Below are positions 57,780 to 64,000 of a DNA stretch of 64,000 nt, piece after piece (the stretch's first letter is position 1; each line of letters begins with the position of its first letter). Below the pieces are notes generated by a model that had not been told where the DNA came from, searched no databases, and saw only the letters and a list, made by a program, of their open reading frames with translations. A program made the translations under genes and the position numbers. This DNA is from an uncultured bacterium (GTDB taxonomy: Bacteria > Hydrothermota > UBA3073 > NMUJ01 > CBEVQO01): contig CBEVQO010000006.1 in NCBI GenBank assembly GCA_965552055.1, positions 1 through 64,000 of the forward strand, given 5' to 3'.

Positions 57780-58429
57780 TAGCAGCTGCTGGCGTTGGAA
57801 AAAGACTTGGAGCAAATGTTCCAAAAGCATTTGTTCAATTTAAAAATATGCCTTTACTTGCTTATACAACAAAATTTTTTGAAGAAAATAACCTGATTGA
57901 TGAAATAATCTGGGTTGTTCCAAAGGATTTCATAGATGTTGCAAAGGATATACAATTAAAGTATAACTTTAACAAAGTTAAAGCGATAGTTGAAGGCGGT
58001 GCTACTCGTCAGGAATCGGTATATAATGGGTTGAAGATGGCAAAAGGAGAAATTGTGATGATTCATGATGCTGCAAGACCGCTTCTTACGGATTTTCCTT
58101 TTGAAAAAATGATAAGGTTGGCAGAAGAAAAAGGAGCAGTTGTGCCTGTTGCACCGCTTACAGAGACATTGAAATTTATATCAAGGGAAAAAGTGTTGAA
58201 AACCATCCCTCGTGAAAATCTTTTTTGTGCAAAAACTCCACAATGTTTCAAAAGAGAATTAATTTTGAAAGCACATGAGAGAGCGAGACATCAGAAAAAA
58301 GTTTTTACAGACGATGCTACACTTGTAGAAGATATGGGAGAAGAGGTTTATGCAATTGAAGTTTCTACTTACAACATAAAGATTACGACGCAAGAAGATT
58401 TAAAAATTTGTGAAAAATTATGCGAATAG
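57764..58429 (+). CDS. ispD: 2-C-methyl-D-erythritol 4-phosphate cytidylyltransferase
   Basis: AAG.GKR, GGATRQESV, IHDAARP, TPQ.F, TDD, KITT.EDL. Confidence 0.93.
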   Translation: MVSAIIAAAGVGKRLGANVPKAFVQFKNMPLLAYTTKFFEENNLIDEIIWVVPKDFIDVAKDIQLKYNFNKVKAIVEGGATRQESVYNGLKMAKGEIVMIHDAARPLLTDFPFEKMIRLAEEKGAVVPVAPLTETLKFISREKVLKTIPRENLFCAKTPQCFKRELILKAHERARHQKKVFTDDATLVEDMGEEVYAIEVSTYNIKITTQEDLKICEKLCE

Positions 58430-58881
58430 GGATTGGCTACGATGTTCATAGATTTGTTGAAGGAAGAAAATTTATACTCGGTGGTGTTGAGATTCCCTAC
58501 AAAAAGGGATTGCTTGGTCATTCTGATGGTGACGCTCTTTGCCATGCAATAGCGGATGCTATTCTGGGCGCCAAAAATCTTGGAGATATAGGCAAATATT
58601 TTCCTGATACTGATTCAGAGATAAAAGGAATATCGAGTTTAAAAATTCTTGAAAAAGTGAAAGAAATTTCCAATGCCAAAATTATAAACATCGATGCGGT
58701 TATTGTATGTGAGGAGCCAAAAATTTCTCCTTATCTTGATGTAATGAGAGAGAAAATTTCGGATGTTTTAAAGGTTGACAAATCAGCAATTTCGATAAAA
58801 GTAAAGAGAGGCGAAGGGTTGGGGTTTGTGGGAAAAGGTGAAGGAATTGTCTGTTATGCCGTTTGTCTTATAAGTAAATAG
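58420..58881 (+). CDS. ispF: MECDP synthase
   Basis: RIG.GYDVH, GHSDGD..HA..DAILGA, GDIG..FPD. Confidence 0.96.
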   Translation: MRIGIGYDVHRFVEGRKFILGGVEIPYKKGLLGHSDGDALCHAIADAILGAKNLGDIGKYFPDTDSEIKGISSLKILEKVKEISNAKIINIDAVIVCEEPKISPYLDVMREKISDVLKVDKSAISIKVKRGEGLGFVGKGEGIVCYAVCLISK

Positions 58882-58889
58882 GGGGACAA

Positions 58890-59360
58890 ATGATTCCCGA
58901 AAAATTAATTCACGGGGTAAAGGTTAAAAAATTGAGACTGATTCCCGATGAAAGAGGCAGATTGATGGAAATATTACGCTGTGATGATGAGATTTTCCAG
59001 AAATTCGGACAGGTCTATATGACAACGGCTTATCCAGGGGTTGTAAAAGCATGGCATTATCACAAAAAGCAGGCTGATAACTTATGTTGCATAAAAGGTA
59101 TGGCTAAAATTGTATTATATGATCCACGGGAAGACTCTCCCACAAAAGGTTTAGTTAACGAATTTTTCTGCGGTGATTTTAATCCTATTTTAATTCATGT
59201 ACCGCCTATGGTTTATCACGGATTTAAATGTGTTAGCACAGAAGAGTGTATCGTGATAAATGTACCAACAGAGCCTTATAACAGGGAGAATCCAGATGAA
59301 TATAGGATTGATCCTTATGATAATGACATACCTTATGATTGGCGTAGGAAAGATAGATAG
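58890..59360 (+). CDS. rmlC: dTDP-4-dehydrorhamnose 3,5-epimerase family protein
   Basis: DERG.L.E, AWHYH, D.R.DSPT.G, HGF. Confidence 0.85.
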   Translation: MIPEKLIHGVKVKKLRLIPDERGRLMEILRCDDEIFQKFGQVYMTTAYPGVVKAWHYHKKQADNLCCIKGMAKIVLYDPREDSPTKGLVNEFFCGDFNPILIHVPPMVYHGFKCVSTEECIVINVPTEPYNRENPDEYRIDPYDNDIPYDWRRKDR

Positions 59361-59368
59361 GAGGTATT

Positions 59369-60400
59369 ATGAATTTACTTGTTACAGGTGGCGCAGGATT
59401 TGTTGGTAGCCACTTTGTTAAATATATACTCAAAAATCGTAAGGATTTTAAAGTGACAGTAATCGATGCTCTCACTTATTGTGGAAATCTCGATAATTTC
59501 ACAGAAGATGTGTGGGACAACGAGAATTTTACTTTCGTAAAAGGAAATATTCTTGATAAAGGACTAGTATTCGAACTTGTTAAGAAAGCAGATATTATCG
59601 TGCATTTTGCAGCTTACACTCATGTTGATAGGTCAATCGACCTTTCAGATCCATTCATCGATACTGATTTTAAGGGAACTCAGGTTTTGCTCGAAGCTGC
59701 TCGGCACTATCCTGTAAAAAAATTTATTCATATTTCGACATCGGAAGTTTATGGAAGTGCTCAATATGTACCCATGGATGAAAATCATCCACTTTGTCCA
59801 CAAAGTCCTTATGCCGCGGCAAAAGCAGGTGGAGATAGATTGTGTTATTCTTATTACATTACCTATAAATTGCCAGTGATTATTATAAGACCTTTTAACA
59901 TTTTTGGACCAAATCAGTATCCCGAAAAAATGATACCGCTTTTCATAACGAATGCAATAGATAATAAAACATTGCCAATATATGGCACTGGTGAAAATAC
60001 CAGAGATTGGACCTATGTTGAAGATACGGTGAGAGCCATCGACAGGGCAATAGATGTTGATGCATTTGGTGAAGTTATCAACATTGGCACAGGAAAAGAT
60101 TATAGTGTAAAATTTATTGCAGAGAAAATCTTGGAAATACTCGGCAAACCAAAGGAATTAATGGAATTTGTGGGAGATAGACCCGGTCATGTTAAGCGGC
60201 TTATAACATCTTATAAAAAGGCAAAGGAAATTTTGGGCTGGGAACCCGAGATAGATTTTTTAGATGGCTTAAAGCGAACAATAAAATGGTATTGTAAGAA
60301 TGAATGGTGGTGGAGGAAGTTAAAAGAGAGTCCAGAATTTATAGAATGGGAAAAAAGATGGTATTCTAAATTGAGGGAGCTGAAAGGATGCAAATCCTGA
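59369..60400 (+). CDS. rmlB: dTDP-glucose 4,6-dehydratase
   Basis: TGGAGFVGS, HFAA.THVDRSI, STSEVYG, YAAAK, Q.PEK.IP, DRPGH. Confidence 0.9.
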   Translation: MNLLVTGGAGFVGSHFVKYILKNRKDFKVTVIDALTYCGNLDNFTEDVWDNENFTFVKGNILDKGLVFELVKKADIIVHFAAYTHVDRSIDLSDPFIDTDFKGTQVLLEAARHYPVKKFIHISTSEVYGSAQYVPMDENHPLCPQSPYAAAKAGGDRLCYSYYITYKLPVIIIRPFNIFGPNQYPEKMIPLFITNAIDNKTLPIYGTGENTRDWTYVEDTVRAIDRAIDVDAFGEVINIGTGKDYSVKFIAEKILEILGKPKELMEFVGDRPGHVKRLITSYKKAKEILGWEPEIDFLDGLKRTIKWYCKNEWWWRKLKESPEFIEWEKRWYSKLRELKGCKS

Positions 60401-61221
60401 TTTTGTTCGCCGTTTACAAGTTTAATGTTGGAGATGAAATTCTTATAAAAGTCAGGAATAAAAACAATCTTTTTTATTATACATATAGCGAAACGATTTT
60501 ACCCAGTGGTGAGGTTAATATAAAGCTACCTGTTACCCGCTTTTTCATGAAAGGAGGCAGTGAAATAGAAGCCGGTAAAGAGTTCATTTCGGTTGATCTT
60601 GCAAAAATAGCTGGTTATACCAAACGAGAAGCAGATTCTATTTTGACTTATGCGTTTTCTAAATTTTTAAAAGACCCAGTGGTCGATGTTGCGCTTTTAA
60701 GCAGTAAATTAAAGATAGTGGTAAGTGGAGCAGTTAATGATACAGGTAAATATCCTTTTATTCCGGGTAAAACAGTTCTTTATTATATTACACAGGCTGG
60801 AGGATTACTTCCCTGGGCTCAGGATTATGCTTATATAAGAAAAAAGGGAAAAGATGAAGAAATAAAAGTTGACTTCTCTTATGTTGTAGAAAGGGGAGAT
60901 ATTATAAGAATTCCTGAGGCTTATGTTTATGTAAGAGGTGCGGTTGAATCTCCGGTATCTGTTCCTTATCGTCCAAACTTTACCGCTATGGATTATATCA
61001 ATGGAGTAACGCTTTTACCGGATGCAGATATAAAGCGAAGCTATGTTATTAAAAAAAATGGCAAAAAAATAAGCATCAATAAAGCAAAAATAGACAAAGG
61101 AGATATCATTGTTATAGGTTGTAAAAAGACAAGTTCTCTTCAGGAATGGCTTAAGATAACAGGTGGAATTGCCAGCACAATTCTTGCTATAATAGCCATT
61201 AAATCGGCAGTTTTAAAATGA
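60388..61221 (+). CDS. Polysaccharide export protein with SLBB domains (Wza-like)
   Basis: GD.I.I, V.GAV..PG.Y, YI.QAGG, GD.I.IP. Confidence 0.75.
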   Translation: MQILILFAVYKFNVGDEILIKVRNKNNLFYYTYSETILPSGEVNIKLPVTRFFMKGGSEIEAGKEFISVDLAKIAGYTKREADSILTYAFSKFLKDPVVDVALLSSKLKIVVSGAVNDTGKYPFIPGKTVLYYITQAGGLLPWAQDYAYIRKKGKDEEIKVDFSYVVERGDIIRIPEAYVYVRGAVESPVSVPYRPNFTAMDYINGVTLLPDADIKRSYVIKKNGKKISINKAKIDKGDIIVIGCKKTSSLQEWLKITGGIASTILAIIAIKSAVLK

Positions 61222-62354
61222 GTATCGCAGATTACATAAACATCTTCAGAAAACAACGAAGAATAATCTTATTCAATGTAATAACAATCACTTTGCTATC
61301 AATCCTTATAAGTTTAATTATTCCAAAGCGTTATACATCTACTGCAAAAATATTACCGCCCGCAAAGTTATCGATGTATCTCGGTATCTCCCCGCAGTAT
61401 TCAATGCAGCTCCCCAGTTTGCCCGGCTTGCAGATGTTCGGTGCTTCTCCATCCTTTATTCTTAAATCGATAATAGAATCGAGAAGCGTAAAGGAAGCAA
61501 TCATTGATAAATTTAACCTTATGGAAGTTTATAAATGCGATAAGAAAGTCGATGCTATAGAAAAATTAACAAAGCATACAAAAATAGAAATATCACCTGC
61601 AGGTGTTATAGAAATCAGTGTCACAGAAAAAACACCCGAACTTGCGAAGAATATAGCAGATGAATATATAAATCAGACAAACAAAGTTCTAATAAGAATC
61701 TGTAAAGAAAGTGGTAGATATGAAAGAGAATTCCTTGAGAAAAGGCTAAAAGAATTAGAAAAAGAGATGAAATGCTTGGAAGATACAATCGTAATGCTTC
61801 AGAAAAAACATGGTGTGCTTATTGGAGGTAAAAGCGAAATGTTTGCACTTGGAACAGAAGTAGAAGCTGCTATAGATATACTTGCCAAATTAAAAAGTGA
61901 ATTAATAGTTGCGGAAATCGAAAGAGATTATTTAAAAACGCAGATGAAAGAGGATAACCCTCTGGTGAAAGAGAAAGAACTTTATATAGCAAATTTACAG
62001 GATAAGATAAAAGAGATAGAAGAAAAAGGCAAAGGTTCTTTTGGTATCGGATTTTCTTTGCCGCTATCTGATGTGCCTCCTGTTGCGATGAAATTAACGG
62101 ATTTACTTTTTAAACTAAAAGTAGATAATCAGGTTTATATAGCTTTAAAAAATCAGTGGGAACTTGCGCGCTTAAATGAAATTAGGGATATTCCTGCTTT
62201 ACAGGTGCTTGATTATCCTGACCTACCCGAAGTAAAAAGTTTTCCCCGTCGCAAACTTATAGTGATGCTATCTTTTGCTTTCAGTCTATTTCTCGGTATG
62301 GTTCTTGCGATAATAAACGAAAAAATGGAGGGCGGAGATGTCAGATTTGTCTAA
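61218..62354 (+). CDS. Polysaccharide co-polymerase (Wzz/Wzc N-terminal, GNVR)
   Basis: N-terminal TM + P..YTSTA.ILPP, coiled-coil, VLD.P..P..KS.P.R + C-terminal TM. Confidence 0.85.
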   Translation: MSIADYINIFRKQRRIILFNVITITLLSILISLIIPKRYTSTAKILPPAKLSMYLGISPQYSMQLPSLPGLQMFGASPSFILKSIIESRSVKEAIIDKFNLMEVYKCDKKVDAIEKLTKHTKIEISPAGVIEISVTEKTPELAKNIADEYINQTNKVLIRICKESGRYEREFLEKRLKELEKEMKCLEDTIVMLQKKHGVLIGGKSEMFALGTEVEAAIDILAKLKSELIVAEIERDYLKTQMKEDNPLVKEKELYIANLQDKIKEIEEKGKGSFGIGFSLPLSDVPPVAMKLTDLLFKLKVDNQVYIALKNQWELARLNEIRDIPALQVLDYPDLPEVKSFPRRKLIVMLSFAFSLFLGMVLAIINEKMEGGDVRFV

Positions 62355-63639
62355 GAAGATAGAGGATAAGAAAGCGATTGTTGGAGTTGTAGGACTTGGG
62401 TATGTCGGATTACCTTTACTGATAATGACCGCAAAAAAAGGGTTTAGAGGCATAGGATTTGATATCAAGGAAGAAAGAGTTAAAATGGTGAATTCTGGCA
62501 AATCCTATATCGAGGATGCAAAAGAGGAAGAGCTTGAAGAACTTGTTAAAAAGAAAAAAATAAGGGCAACATCTGACTTCGATGAAATAAAAGAATGCGA
62601 CATTGTTTTAATTTGTGTGCCCACGCCTCTTGACAAAAATAAAGTGCCAGATTTACGATATGTAATTGCTACATCCAATGAAATAAAAAAAAGGTTAAGA
62701 AAAGGTCAATTGATAATACTCAAAAGCACCTCCTTTCCTGAAACTACTGAGAAAGTTTTATTGCCTTTATTGTCGGAATCTGGCTTAAAAGTTGGGCAGG
62801 ATTTTTATCTTGCTTTTGCACCCGAAAGGATAGACCCTGGTAATCGCCGGTTTACAGTGGAAAATATCCCTGTAGTGGTTGGTGGAGTTACCCCTGAGTG
62901 CACTCGATTAGCATGCAAATTTTATGATAAATGCGGGATTAAAACTTTTGCAGTTTCATCACCCAGAGTCGCCGAGATGACAAAGCTTCTTGAAAATGTT
63001 TTCCGCAATGTTAATATTGCTCTTGTGAATGAGATGGCATTATTATGCGAAAGGATGGGAATAGACATATGGGAGGTAATAGAGGCAGCAGGCACAAAGC
63101 CCTTTGGCTTTATGAAATTTTATCCCGGACCGGGTGTCGGAGGGCATTGCATCCCGATAGACCCCTATTATCTTCTGTGGAAAGCACAGGAATACGATTT
63201 TCATACGAGTTTTATTGAGCTATCTGCCAGGATAAACGATAGCATGCCGTATCATGTTGTTCAGCTTGTAATGGATGCTTTAAGTGAGAATGGTATCTGT
63301 CCGAGAGATGCGAAAGTTCTGGTGCTGGGAGTTGCATTTAAGCGTGATGTAAAGGACAAAAGAGATTCCCCCGCATTAAAGGTTATCCAACTTTTAAAAG
63401 AAAAGGTTAAAAAAGTATATTACAATGACCCTTATATTACGGATTTAGAAAATGAGAATTATGTTGTGTTAACAGAGGAGAATTTAAGAAATGTGGATTG
63501 TGTTGTTATTACCACCGATCATTCACTTTACGATTATAAATGGATAGTAGAAAATTCAAAAATTATAGTTGATACAAGGAATGCCACCAAAGGGATAAAT
63601 GCTGAAAAAATTTACAAACTTGGATGTGGAAAAATTTAA
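62338..63639 (+). CDS. Nucleotide sugar dehydrogenase (UDP-GlcNAc/ManNAc 6-dehydrogenase type)
   Basis: GLGYVGLP, CVPTP, PERIDPGN, KLLEN.FR.VNIA, GVGGHCIP.DP. Confidence 0.95.
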   Translation: MSDLSKKIEDKKAIVGVVGLGYVGLPLLIMTAKKGFRGIGFDIKEERVKMVNSGKSYIEDAKEEELEELVKKKKIRATSDFDEIKECDIVLICVPTPLDKNKVPDLRYVIATSNEIKKRLRKGQLIILKSTSFPETTEKVLLPLLSESGLKVGQDFYLAFAPERIDPGNRRFTVENIPVVVGGVTPECTRLACKFYDKCGIKTFAVSSPRVAEMTKLLENVFRNVNIALVNEMALLCERMGIDIWEVIEAAGTKPFGFMKFYPGPGVGGHCIPIDPYYLLWKAQEYDFHTSFIELSARINDSMPYHVVQLVMDALSENGICPRDAKVLVLGVAFKRDVKDKRDSPALKVIQLLKEKVKKVYYNDPYITDLENENYVVLTEENLRNVDCVVITTDHSLYDYKWIVENSKIIVDTRNATKGINAEKIYKLGCGKI

Positions 63640-64000
63640 ATTAAAAAGATATTTCTTTTTGATGATAATTTTAGGTATTATTTATTCTTTCCTAAGCGCA
63701 TATCTAAAGTTCAGTTTTTCTATAAAACTTTTTATTATCCTATCATCTTTGGTGTGGAGTTTTCTTAAAGATTTTCGGCATCGTTTTTTTTATGCTTCGC
63801 TTTTACATTTTTTATTTCCAATTCCTCTTTTTAAGTTTAAAGTTTTCAAAACACCCATCACAACTATCGGAATACATAGTTTTCACTCAGCTGATATTTT
63901 GTTTTTTGCCTTTTTCTTATTCGTTTTACGAGACTTTCTTGAAAAAAAAAGCCATAAAGACATTTTTTCATTCGCTATATTTTTAATGTGGTGGGGATAT
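63626..64000 (+). CDS. Partial hydrophobic membrane protein, possibly O-antigen polymerase/ligase; runs off window
   Basis: Frame from GTG 63626 (or ATG 63662) stays open to the end: MIILGIIYSFLSAYLKFSFSIKLFIILSSLVW...; position in polysaccharide locus. Confidence 0.55.
   Translation, partial: MEKFKLKRYFFLMIILGIIYSFLSAYLKFSFSIKLFIILSSLVWSFLKDFRHRFFYASLLHFLFPIPLFKFKVFKTPITTIGIHSFHSADILFFAFFLFVLRDFLEKKSHKDIFSFAIFLMWWGY

Noticed and set aside
63792..63986. 64-aa ORF in the track
   Set aside because: Alternative frame inside a longer open frame starting at 63626/63662 that runs off the window
1..64000. Prophage, integrase, transposase, reverse transcriptase/DGR, rRNA or tRNA genes; many short antisense ORFs
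   Set aside because: No supporting motifs seen; short antisense ORFs are shadows of confident genes

Overview
A gene-dense, AT-rich stretch of bacterial chromosome. Diderm markers (BamD, TonB-dependent receptor, Wza/Wzc, a T9SS-style C-terminal-domain protein beside a PorV-like barrel) suggest an FCB-superphylum lineage such as candidate division WOR-3 (inference). Most genes are housekeeping or envelope genes: etfA, cysS, murJ, dapF, holA, bamD, PNP, divIVA, yggS, acpS, coaD, pyrK, recJ, queH, cysC, ispD/F, rmlC/B and a polysaccharide locus. There is one large CRISPR array (about 66 repeats, 20626-25044) with no cas genes in the window; its repeat sequence changes in discrete blocks. Three unexplained signals stand out. 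(1) Nearly every promoter has TTGACA-N15-TAnnnT, a 15-bp spacer instead of the usual 17, and often lies only 5 nt before a start codon, implying leaderless mRNA. (2) A parA plus small ribbon-helix-helix gene pair carries three phased arrays of 8-bp TTGAYRYY repeats inside its own coding sequences, and appears co-transcribed with an HTH-less ParB/Srx-domain gene and a rhomboid protease. (3) Three copies of a dispersed non-coding element with conserved ends (GCGNAGC mini-hairpin at one end, G-tracts at the other) and variable length each abut a -35 box. All counts and alignments were made by eye.
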